Origin: Lytechinus pictus
Lineage: Eukaryota
DNA: 64,000 bases
Assembly (NCBI RefSeq): GCF_037042905.1
Contig: NC_087254.1
Location: 24,738,001-24,802,000, forward strand
Reading direction: 5' to 3'
Positions 1-11,426 of this stretch are shown here, piece after piece. Made by a program: the position numbers and the translations under genes. The notes beneath the pieces are model-generated. The model was not told where the DNA came from and did no database searches. It saw only the letters and a program-made list of their open reading frames with translations. Numbering within the stretch: the first letter of the stretch is position 1; each line of letters opens with the position of its first letter.

Positions 1-1220
1 CTGACCAACCGATTCAGGACAAACTGACCGAATTTGTGAACTGCCTCGATTGTGTTAGCTTTTGCGTCTGCTCCGAGAAAATCCGAACTTCTCGACAAGC
101 ATCAAGAAATCGCCAGTTTGCAAGCAGAGGTATCCAAATAAGTCTAATATGACATCAACCGAATTTATGGCATTTTAACCTCCATCTGATACAATTATCT
201 TACCTTTGTAAGTGATTTATTTTCTAAAGCTTTGCGAAACGATCATGCACAAATTAAGCCTTTAGTTTAAGGTCACACTTTTTTATGACACATTTTCAGC
301 CGAGCACGCACTAGTCGATCGTCATGGAATTTTGAGATCGCGATACCGGCGAAAGAAACACTTCGCCTACTTTATAATTCCGTCAAGCTAATTTGACTTT
401 GGAATTGAATCTTGCCTTCCGTTTCGTATTTATGATTTTGATTAATGTAGTGTGAACTGTGAGAATTTTTTTGATTGAAAATAAACTTCATGATAAAAAA
501 ATGTGCGCAAATTATGGTCACCCCATCATACTGTATTAACTATTACCGAACATGTATTTTCTGTGGGAAAAGTTGAGAAATCAACAAAATGACAGTGCTA
601 GTTATTATATCTTTATTTTTACTTTGAGGCCTGAGCCTCCGAGTCCGAGGCCCGTCAAGTTCAACTTCAAGTTCAACATGTTCAACAAACTTGAAAATGT
701 GTTTTTGACCATTTTTCTTCATCGTTTTATTCAATCAAGTTCCCTTTGGAAGGATGTTGCAAGGTTTTAAGCATATTGAATTTTTTTTCGGATGCGTAAA
801 TGCGCGCGTTCATTCACTTTTGTCTAGAGGCTCGAGTGAGTCCGAGACTTGACAATCATGTGCGAGAAATTACGAGACCCCACACAGATGTTAACGAATG
901 GGGCATGTGTCACGGGGAAAATTTGCTTTGCATAACTCACATTGATATTCTTTTCTATTTCACACCCTTACCTGACTTTCCTTTTCTTTCGCTTTATGTT
1001 TTTTGTAAAGGGCGGTCGTATGAGAAACTTTCCGACATTTTCTTGCTGGTCTATCTATTGCTAAAGACGATTTTCCAGACATTCCTCCGCTCAATTTGAC
1101 CAACGGCGCGCAACTGAAATTTTCGATCATTTCAAAATAAGTCAACGAGACAAATTACGCACAAAAAGTAAGGAGCTAGTGCATACTGCATTTAAAATCT
1201 GAGACCTGTCGCATTAAGCT

Positions 1221-4200
1221 ATGTCTGCAACCACCAATTTCTTCAAGACGGCTTCTGCTGAGGAATGGACAAAAGTTCTTAAACTCTACAACCATGTCTT
1301 GAATCTCAAGGCTTCTAAGATCCAGAAACCTGGTGGGAGCAAGAATTTGCTGGACCTTGACAAGTGGTAAAACGGGGTCGAGCGTCGAGGACTGAATCAT
1401 CATCATCATGATTCACTGAGTGACAACACACAAATCAGATATCTGCTGATGATGATTTCCAGTCAGTCATCAGTCATGACAAGGGATATGGCCTGACGAA
1501 CATGACGATTAGTTCTTATTAAGTTAGTTAGTGGTTGGGATATGAAATAGACTTTTGTTTCTATCAATTATCATAGTCAGCTAGGAATACAAAACAATTT
1601 TGATAATGAAGCCACACTGAAAAGTGTCAGCATAAAACAGGCTAATTTAGGGGAAAATATGGCACATTTTTTCGGGGAAGTTCAGGCTACTAGAAAAATG
1701 TGATCTGAATTGATTATTAACTTGTGTTTGGCATGTATGGAAAGAGAAAACTCGGGGGCTTCTTTTGACAGTAAGGACAAGTTTATATGGTCATTTTAAA
1801 TAAGGATTTAGAGATAAATTGCAAACCCTTATTTTTGTGTGTGTTGAGATTGCCATTTCTCCATGCGTTTTCTATGGGAAAATGAAATTTCTGTTTTGCA
1901 CAATTTTGTTCACTTTGTCGCAATTTTTCATTGTGATCTGGTTTTCAAATCTTTATAAAAATCATACCATCAGAAAGAGCATAAAAAATCCTATTGGACT
2001 CGATCTTTATGGACAAGTTTTTGGCATTAATAATAGATTTATAACAGCTCTCGGAAGCTAAAAATTTGGATTTGTGTGTGTCCATTTCTTAACTACACAG
2101 TCTATGGCAGAGAAATGCTGAAAATTTACCTAATTTCATTCTTCTTTTTTGAAGCCAATAATTGGATTTTTTTCAAAAATGTTACATTTCTGTCAGTCTG
2201 AAGGTCATTTCTCTTCAAATTCACAAAGAAAATGTGATATTTTCTTGAAATAAGAAAAATATTTTTTTTCTCCAGACACCCTATTAATAATAGACCTCTA
2301 AAATATAGTTTTGAATTAATGGCTTACCTTTAGAATCCAATGTCATGAATCAATTACAGATCTATGTGATATGATGGTGTGTGTGATGCCTCATTCGAAG
2401 ACTAAATCCTTGCTCTCATAATCGATTATGACATTGGATTGTAAAGTTACTCCATAGTAATCCTCTAACAAATGTGTGAAATTAAACCGTATGAGAACCA
2501 AGAAAGAATTTTGAAAGATGAGCCAAAAAAAAGCCTAAAAAGTATCAGCGTGAGGCAGGCCTGATGCAGGAGTATCATTGTTGCCTATATATAGACCTAT
2601 ATCTGTTTCAAAGACACATTCTTCGGCTATTTTATGAATGTAATCCTTTCATCCCAGGCCTGTCTTGAATGGGGTTCGGTAAATTTACTAGGCATTTGCA
2701 GTCTGCAACCACCATATCGGTTCTCTTTGTTGAGTCTATAGATTATTAGCCATTTGCAATGTAGACAGTGATATTATCACTATTAATAACAGTTATGAGG
2801 CCCTAATGATAAATGCAAAACAATGATTTTTATATAAAACGAACAATAATACAGCTAGGTGATTGTGGTGATAAAGTGCCCTCTAAGATTTTTATTGTGG
2901 TGCAACAGTACAAGCACTTAAGGCTTGCAAAGTGCTTTTGCACAACATTGTAAATAACCAAGATCCATGCATGGCCATTAACAAGCTATTGTTTCATGTG
3001 AAAGGTCAACAATATTCTTGCCAGAATTTATTCAAGGAATAAAGGACCCATACTAATTTATAACCCTTGTGATGATGATGATGATCGATGGAAGTGATAA
3101 TCAGGGGCGGATCCACAATTTCCAAAGGGGGGGACACATTTTTTCCCCAAGGAAAAATTTGACAAGCAAAAAAAAAAGGTTCTCCAAAAAAAAAAAGGAT
3201 TTTTCATCCACGAAAAAATTTGACAAGCAAAAAAAAATCTTCACATTCAAATTTTAATCGTTCCTCTGAAAAGGAGGGAGGGGCACGGGCTGGCTTTGCC
3301 CCCCCCCCCTGGATCCCCCAGTGGGATAATGATAACAGTATTGATTATCAAAGGGGAATCAAACCCAAATAAAAAAAGTTTTCCTTAGAAGAGAAAGAAA
3401 AGCAGTTATATTTCAAAATTCAAATGATATTTTTCTTTAATGATGAGATTTTTAATGTGCTACCTTGGTTACATTTTTTTCACCTTGGTTATTTATTTTT
3501 ATTACTGCCCTGGCACGGGAATAGGTACTTGGATTAAATTACAAATCCCTGATAATTAAGTGCATGGCCTATGGGAAGTTGTCCCTGCCACTTGTTATAA
3601 TTTACTTATTCAGTTAATTTGAAATGTAATAGTCTTAGGGATATTGATTTTAAAACAGTTATAACTTTCTTATTACTTGCTCCATTTCTTACAAACTTTT
3701 ACCAGTACTCTTTTACTTGTTTTTCTCCTCTCTCACATATTTTTATGACGAAGGTTAGATTTCCCTTTAATGATAATGATAATTATAATGAATAAAGATA
3801 TAGCTAACATCAATGATGATGATATTGATGTTGATAATGGTAACATCAAATTTATAATAGGACAATAATTTATGTACAGTGTAGTCATTGTAATCATACA
3901 ATTGTAGGTCTTACAGATTATACTCTGGCATTCTTTTTTAACTGACAAGTGAGTTATTGTCGTTGTTGTTGTTGTATACAGGTTTCAAACAGAACTTTCA
4001 CAGTCAATACAAGGAAGGAAAGAAAGATACATCACACATGAGGAGTTAACAAAGCTTATGAAGTGGAAATTGAGTGTAAGTAAATTCTGTTACATTTACC
4101 AGGGATTGGAGACTTGGTGGCCCGTATTCTGAACTCGGGTTTAAATTAAACCCTGGTTTAAAGTTGTGGTTAAACTATGGAGAGCCAATTGGGGGACAAA

Positions 4201-7200
4201 TCCCTAACGGTACAGTATATATTCCATTTATCAAATCATATGACACCCAAGTTGTTCATAATTGTCTGGGAATGATAACTGAAGTATTTTTCTTCATTAT
4301 GAGAGCAAAAGAAAAAGAAATAGTAAACATGAGAAATATACAATATAAACAGATTTATTAAATTTGGCTTCCCATAATTTTAGCACAGAGTAGACCGTAG
4401 TCTAAGTTAAACCTGACTTCAGAATACGGGCCATTGGTTGGAAGGCACTTCTGCACTTTGGGTTATAGGATAACTCCCCAGCCCAATGCAAACTCTCCCA
4501 GAAGGACACTTTGCTATACTATATACTAGGCTGATGACTATTGGGTCCCAAGTACAACTGTTTTCCTTGTTTTTACATATAATTATTTCTGCTTTCGTGA
4601 TATGAATTCTTCCAAACCACTACACCTGGATTTAGTGCGGCAAATATCAGTTGATGCCTTGTAGTTGTTTATAAACAGGGCCCTAAGTACAGAAAGAGAC
4701 TTGTCCCTGGGACCTCAAGTTATGCTGTATGCTTAAGGATTTACATAAAGGAATTATATTGTTTGTTGCTGTTGTTGTTTGTGGGTTTTTGTTTCTTTTT
4801 TTTTTGCTGCTTTTGTTGCAATAACTAAAGAACCGCTTTGATATTTAAAGTGCATAGAATCATTACATTTGAGGTTATCCTTTATAGTAGCATCAAAACA
4901 TTCTAATCGAACAAAGTATTCAAAGCTCAGGGGCTAGCCGCTAGCTAGAAACACCTATAGCTTGCTCCTCTATTTTGTTTTTTATCAGAATTTTCTGATG
5001 TCACTCATATTCTCAATTTTCTCTCGTTTCACCAGAGAGGAAAGTTCCGACCCAGATTGACTGAAATGGTCCAGACCAACAGCCCAGACCTTGTTGAGAA
5101 GTCTAGCCGACAAGCCTTCAAGAAGTTACCCAACGTGGGTGCTGCCATCAAAGAGTTGATTGTGCTAAAGGCAGTTGGTCCAGCAACAGCATCAGGTGGG
5201 TGTTTCATAAAGCTGTTTGTAAGTTAAAGTGATTGGTTAACTTTGGTTTGACTTTTAAAAAATCTGAGCTAGAAGGTCACACTTGTTACCTGTGTCTGTG
5301 ATATGTTACAAAAATGAAGTCCAGAAAAAATTGCGTTCGAAAATAATTATTTAGTGCTTCAAAAATTGAAATATAAAGTGACCGAAAACATCATCTTAAT
5401 TTCATCCCAAATGTGTACTATTTAGGCGTCTATAAGACGCCTATATATTTACAAAATCGGGGTTTGCCTTGTAGTTTTAGCTTTTCATTCTCAATAATGG
5501 TTGTTTTCAGGGTTTATTAGTTCTAATACATGCACTTGTACACATGTTTCATCTTGGTTTGAGAATTTTTTTAATCGGCTGCTCAGTAGTTAAACAATAC
5601 CTTTAAGAACGCCTGGTGATCCTTTCTTATGGCAAATGGTATATTCATTAGAGATGGTTTTGCGCGTAAGGATCACCAGTCGTTCTTAAAGTCACTCTTA
5701 ACTTACGAACAGCTTTATGAAACGGCCCCCAGGTATATCCCTAGTCCCCTGGATACTGTACGTTACAGTTCAAGGTAGAATCCTTGCTTGATGGGGGGTG
5801 GGTCTGCTCAAGGATCAGTGATGTTTGCACCTTTGCTCATCCTAACATCTCAAAATTAGTCCTTATAAGTAGTTTTATCAAAATCACGTTGCTGTTATTT
5901 TATTTTCAATGCTTTTATCTTCATTTTCAGTGTAGAGGGGTCACTATACAAACGGTATCAAATAATTGGATTTCCATGTTCAGGGTAGAAATGTTTGCCT
6001 GGTTGTGACGCCATTTAAAGTTTCAAAGCGTAGATCTTGTCATTTAGGTTGCATTTTAGATACATGAAGCATCAACCGGGGGTGTACTTGAGTCTATTGT
6101 ATTGCAGTTGATTTAAATGTTGAGCAATATTACTTATTCCTATCCAAATGATTTAGCTGCTATAACAATCATTAACTTATGGAATATTAATTCATTTCAA
6201 TTCTTTTCTTTTCTTTTTTTCTTGTCAGCCGTCTTAGCAGCAGGAGCCCCTGAACATGCCCCATTCATGGCAGATGAAAGTATGTTGCCTATTCCAGGCC
6301 TGTCCCCACTGGCTTACACTGAAGCTGCTTATAAAAGATATGCAGTAGAGGTTCAAGACTGTGTGAAGAGACTCAAAAAGGAAGGTAATGTACAATGGGA
6401 AGGAGATTGTGGAAAGAGAATGAATTTGAACAGTTAAAATCCCATGTGGATAGGGTGGATAGTTGACCAGTGGTATAAATGTTGCAGTGGGCTGAGATTT
6501 TAATAATGTGATGTTGTGTTCTGTAAAAAAAAAATTAAGTGGTTGAAGTGAGTGAGCTGAAAATTCGTATTTTTTTAATTGAATTTTTTGTCTCACCGGC
6601 ATAGCAGAGTGAGACTATAGGCGCCGCTTTTCCGACGGCGGCGTCAACACCAAATCTTAACCGAAGGTTAAGTTTTTGAAATGACAGCATAACTTAGAAA
6701 GTATATGGACCCAGTTCATGAAACTTGGCCATAAGATTAATCAAGTATTACTGAACATCCTGCCTGAGTTTCAGGTCACATGACCAAGGTCAAATGTAAT
6801 AGGGTCAATGAACTTTAATAGACCATGTTGGGGGAATCAACATCAAAATCTTAACCTAAGGCTAAGTTTTTGAAATGTCATCATAACTTAGAAAATATAT
6901 GGACCTAGTTCATGAAACTTGGACATAAGGTTAATCAAGTATTACTGAACATCCTGCTTGAGTTTCAGGTCACATGACCTGATGACCAAGGTCTAAGGTC
7001 ATTTAAGGTCAATGAACTTTGGCCATGTTGGGGGTATTTGTTGAATTACCATCATATCCCTGTAAGTGTTTTGGTCTAGTTCATAAAATGTGGAAATAAG
7101 AGTAACCAAGTATCATTTAACACCTTGTGCGAGTTTCAGGTCACATGACCAAGGTCAAAGGTCAATGGACTTTGGCCATATTGGGGGTATTTGTTGAATT

Positions 7201-8138
7201 ACCATCATGACTCTGTAAGTATATTGGTCTAGTTCATAAAACTTGGACATAAGAGTCATCAAATATCACTGAACATTTCATGCGAGTTTCAGGTCACATG
7301 ACCAAAGTCAAAGGTCATTGAACTTTGGCCATTTTAGAGGTTATTATTAGATTGCTGTCATTACTTTCAAAGTATATAGATATAGTGTATAAAATGTGGA
7401 TATAGGGGTAATCAAGTATCACTGACAAGTTTTAGGTCACATGATCAAGGTCAAATGTCAATGAATGTAGTATTGTATCATTATATGAATGGTGTTTTTT
7501 GTGAATGATTATTTTATATTAGTTTTCAAAGTCAGCACTGCTGTTATTTTGAATCGCGTGATGCAGGTGAGACCGCCAGAGGCGTTCCACTTGTTTTTTC
7601 TACAAATCTTAGTACTTACAATGTACATTACTACCATGTAAAACATTGCTCTTAATCTAAATTTTGCCATTTCCTTATATTTCATCTGGAAATATGTATT
7701 CAAGCTTTTCTGTCTCCGCTCACTGGACATTTCCTATATTGTGCCATCTAATGTCGTGTTCACTGCCTATTCAACCTTGAATTATGTAATGTACCACCAA
7801 ACAGTATGTTATATCTCCTCTTATAATTACTTTTTGTAGACTTCTGATTTGTTTTAATATGTACTTGAAACCACTGCATGTTTTACTTATTGGAGGAACT
7901 ATATCCTGTTGTCTTCAATGAAGGCTCACCAATAATTTCAGATTTTTCATTTTAACATTCTTGCTGTCCAGATCCCTCCGGAGAGTGGACCCCGCATAAA
8001 GTGGAACTGGCCCTATGGACCCATTACATGGCTTGTAAGCTAGACCCCTCTGTACTCGAAACCAAAAATGGACCATCTAACAAGAGGAAGAGCACTGGAG
8101 ATGGAGATGGGGATGAAGAAAAACCTAGAAAGAAATAA
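1221..8138 (+). CDS. Amun/zgc:112496-like uncharacterised protein with helix-hairpin-helix DNA glycosylase fold, 240 aa, 5 exons
   Basis: Exons 1221-1366, 3982-4075, 5036-5195, 6229-6384, 7972-8138. All are GT-AG with consistent phases, 723 nt in total. Translation: MSATTNFFK...LLDLDKWFQTEL...LMKWKLSRGKFRPRL...LIVLKAVGPATASAVL...PFMADE...WTPHKVELALW...KPRKK*. KWKLxRGKFRPRL and LKxVGPATASAVL are recalled hallmarks of this family. Confidence 0.85.
3102..3323. mobile_element. Short MITE with CAGGGGCGGATCCA...TGGATCCCCCAGTG ends
   Basis: Imperfect terminal inverted repeats with G/C runs; internal repeat of AAAAATTTGACAAGCAAAAAA. Confidence 0.6.
3351..3770. mobile_element. Kolobok-like (TTAA/AGG-ended) MITE, degenerate
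   Basis: AAGGGGAATCAAACC at left; GGTTAGATTTCCCTTTAA at right. Confidence 0.5.
4119..4432. mobile_element. MITE with GGCCCGTATTCTGAA TIR; related degenerate copy at ~38507-38815
   Basis: GGCCCGTATTCTGAA...TTCAGAATACGGGCC. The second copy shares TGTGGTT(T)AACTATGGA and CTAAGTTAAAC...ACTTCAGAATACGG. Confidence 0.75.
5196..5729 (+). mobile_element. CAG-duplicating MITE (PIF/Harbinger-like) at the exon 3 splice donor, interrupted by a TTAA-flanked insertion
   Basis: GTGGGTGTTTCATAAAGCTGT...ACAGCTTTATGAAACGGCCCC with CAG on both sides (5193-5195, 5730-5732). Confidence 0.85.
5228..5602. mobile_element. Kolobok-like MITE nested in the CAG MITE
   Basis: TTAA|AGTGATTGGTTAACT...AGTTAAACAATACCT|TTAA imperfect TIR; the host MITE resumes after it. 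Confidence 0.65.
6585..7597 (+). mobile_element. Helentron-associated (HINE/pearl-like) element with internal ~155-195 bp tandem repeats
   Basis: Begins in a T-run with GTCTCACC(G)GCAT and a nearby inverted GTGAGAC, then a GGC microsatellite, about 5 repeats containing AAGGTCAAAGGTCA, 3' subterminal IR ATGCAGGTGAGAC, and ends in a T-run. Same family as 31573-32531. Confidence 0.8.
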
Positions 8139-8352
8139 AATATTTGTTCCCATGGTCCTGCTTCAAAACATTCCCACAGTATCTAATCATGGTTACAATG
8201 CTGCTATAGGGGGATCTAAATTGTTACTTGCTTGTGTTAAAGCATTTTAACAGTACTTTGTACCTTGTATCTTAGTACGAACCCCACTCCGCGTGTTTCA
8301 GTTGCCTTCTGCAAGGAACTAATGCTGAGCAATGTTCCCTGCAGAAAGACCT

Positions 8353-8860
8353 GGGCCCCATTTCATAAAAGTTGTTACAATTTAAAGCTACTGAAATTCA
8401 TCGATTTGATTGGCTGATAGTAAACTTGTAAAAAAATTGTGTATTTGTTATTGTAACAAGTCTTTATAAATCGGGACCCTGGTCCTGTCTTCTGTTGGCT
8501 TAAACCATCAGGGGGGTGTTTCACAAAGATTTAATTATGACTTAGAGTCGCACTTAAATGCCTAGTTGTGCGAGGTATAAAAGCCATGACCGCATTGGTG
8601 AGATCATGTAAAGAGGACGCGCACTATTGTATATTGATCAATTAGATTGCACGTTGCATTTAAGATACGCGTCGGCATTTAAGTGCGATTTAAGTCATAC
8701 TTAAATCTTTGTGAAACACCCCCCTGGGCCTGTTAACAGAAAGGTTTACAATTAAACACAAGTATAAAAGAATGATTCCTGGTCAGTGTTTTAAATAAAT
8801 GAACCTGATTAGCCAATAGTCATTAAGTATTGATTGTAAACCTTTATTTACATAGCCCTA
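8353..8860. mobile_element. Cluster of three small CWG-flanked MITEs downstream of the gene 1 stop codon
   Basis: ~8353-8480 (GGGCCCCATTTCATAAA/TTTATAAATCGGGACCC), ~8511-8724 (GGGGTGTTTCACAAAGATTTAA/TTAAATCTTTGTGAAACACCCC), ~8726-8858 (degenerate). Confidence 0.7.
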
Positions 8861-11426
8861 GAATCATGATAGTGATGAATTTTACCAAAAAAATCTGTCT
8901 TTGTGAAAAAAAAAAGCATGAGATTTGTTTGGCTTCAAAGATAATTCATGATCAGTGGATTTTTCCCCCTCCAAATTTCTGACTTGTTCTTCAGTCAGTA
9001 TTGAGTGCATCAAACAAAGATCAATAATTCAGAATGTTGCCAAATAATGAACATTTTGATGTGCCATGTGATTCACCCTTTTCTCTTGTCGGGTCTCTAT
9101 ACTAAAAGTCCTAATGGTCGTTTTGTGATAGAGGATCGCATATAACACTTCAGTACTATGAGCTCCATAGCACAAATATATACTATGTATTCAATGAGCC
9201 TTGTTGAAGTATTATGAATAATGATGACAGTTTGAACATGTCACAACAGGGAATCACACCAGTTATATTTTATAAGATCTTATGTATACCAAGCTTCAAA
9301 TGTACATGTTTTTATTTGCTTTGATATCTCTAGAGTTTTTTTCATGAGAAATAATTGTTCTTTTGAATATTTTTTCTCATTTTTATAGCAAATTCCAAAT
9401 ATATCAAAAAATTATGCAAAATTTGATCTTCATTTGAAAATGCATTTACTACATGTATTTACTTTGGGTGTGAATTCAAGTCAGTATTATCTTCATAGAA
9501 TTTATTTTGCTGCTGTTAAAATGTCTTTCCTAGAATGTTTGTCTTCCAATTTGTTCTGAAATACTGTGCTTTAAAACATTTCATCGTCATTCAACAAGCA
9601 TTAAGTTGCATTAAAGTGGGAGGAAGAATTTTGAGAGTGGACACTATACCTGGAAACAGTACAAAATTTGATTTTCAAATGCATGTTGAAATGGTATTTA
9701 AATAATGTGAATAATTCCAATGTTAACAATTTGCACTGTTTTGAACACAAACAGAACGTCGTCTTTTACTCAGTGTTCCAGGTAATGCCAGATGCAAATA
9801 AGAAAATAAAACTTTTCAAATGAAATATGTTTCTTGTGAAGCAGAACAAATATTTAATATTTAATCATGCCTTAATAAATGATTGAAACATGGTTAAAAA
9901 AAACATATCTTGAAGAATATATTAATTTTATTCATGCCCAACAAAGTTGATGTATGGGTAAATAGTATCTTAGGGTGGTTCTGTTTTGCTCAATTTGTGT
10001 TGTAGGAAATTGTTTAATAGTGAAAGAACTAAAATCACAAGGAAAACAAGAGAAAGAGAGATGGATAGGTAGATAGGTAGGTAGAGAGAGCGAGAGGAGA
10101 CTGAAAGAGGCGACCGGGGAATATATAGTGAAAGTAACAGACAAAGTTTAAAACAGAAATCATATTATGTAGGCTATGTAAACAAAAAATAGAGGTAGTA
10201 GGTTTACCTGAGAAAAATCTAATTGCATGATTTACCGATTCTTGGGTTTTTTTTGGGGGGGTGCTTAAATTTCCATGTGGAGACAGATTATGCTAATTTA
10301 ATCAATATGCTGGGATATTATTTTCAATTTTCAGGTCAATTACCTAGCCAATGGCAATAGTTTTTTAATTTATCATTACCAATATAAATTTGTGATTCTT
10401 TAAGCTTCAAGAACGTGTTCCAAAAACTTTCCAAATATGATATATCTCTTTAAAGATAGAAATAATTTATTTTCAAGGCAATGTATTTTGACCTGGTATC
10501 TCTTAATTATTTTTCCCTTTGATTTGTTTTATTGTGTGTGTGTCCAGCCATGGACTGGGAAGGTTATCACTAAAAAATAAGGCATTTGGTCCCTGGGTGG
10601 GGCAGAGAGTGCATGGGCGTCAGTGCAGAGGATTATCATTCATTCATGGCGGGGACATCTATTGTTGCGTCGTCCCCCCCCCCCCCCCAGCACAAAAGAT
10701 AATCCTTTGCGCGGACTCCCATGAAAGAGTGAATACAGTCCCCCCCCCCCCCCCCTAAAAAAAAATGTAAAGAACAGTCACAGATACCGTACCGTGCTTC
10801 AAGTAACGTTCTATTCTGTGCAATATCATCGACTATCTTCACTCGAAATGTAGCGGTTAATTTGAGAATTTCCTGCGGGTGAGTTTTTCAGTTTTCGATA
10901 GTATCAATTTAACCGTGATCTTACTTCACAAACAGTGCTGGCATTGTCCTCTTAGGCACTTTGTGTTCTTGCTTGTATTTAATTTGCATAGTAACATCAT
11001 GTATTTGCTGTCTGGCTGATGCTGAGCGACCGACGGTCGCCCAGCCGAGACAGCTCAGCCTCAATCAGGCCTGGCCTTGCGAGCTGCCCGGCCAAGCCGG
11101 GCGCCCGTGCCGTAGGCCGGCTCGGCACACCTCCCACAGCAGGGGCCTGTTTTATGACGAGATGAGCGATGTGTAGGAACGTGCTAACGTTACTCCTAGG
11201 ACCATTCTTCCGAAATAGGATTCTAGGAAGTTTGGTGACGAATCAGCGCTTTCCGTTTCACGAAGCCGAACTCCGAAGGCAATTTTGTCTTCCATTCCAA
11301 TTCCCATTCCATGATTCCGTGACATTGTCATAACTCATTGACTTTGTTTTATTCGATAAGCGATAGTTTTAACGTTACTTTTATTAGTACCGTATCGCCG
11401 ATCGGAAAAAAAGATTTAGTCTTCAT

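Noticed and set aside
1-210. Possible exon of a neighbouring gene at the window edge
   Set aside because: A short open frame and donor-like motifs are present, but there is no recognisable protein and the context is truncated.
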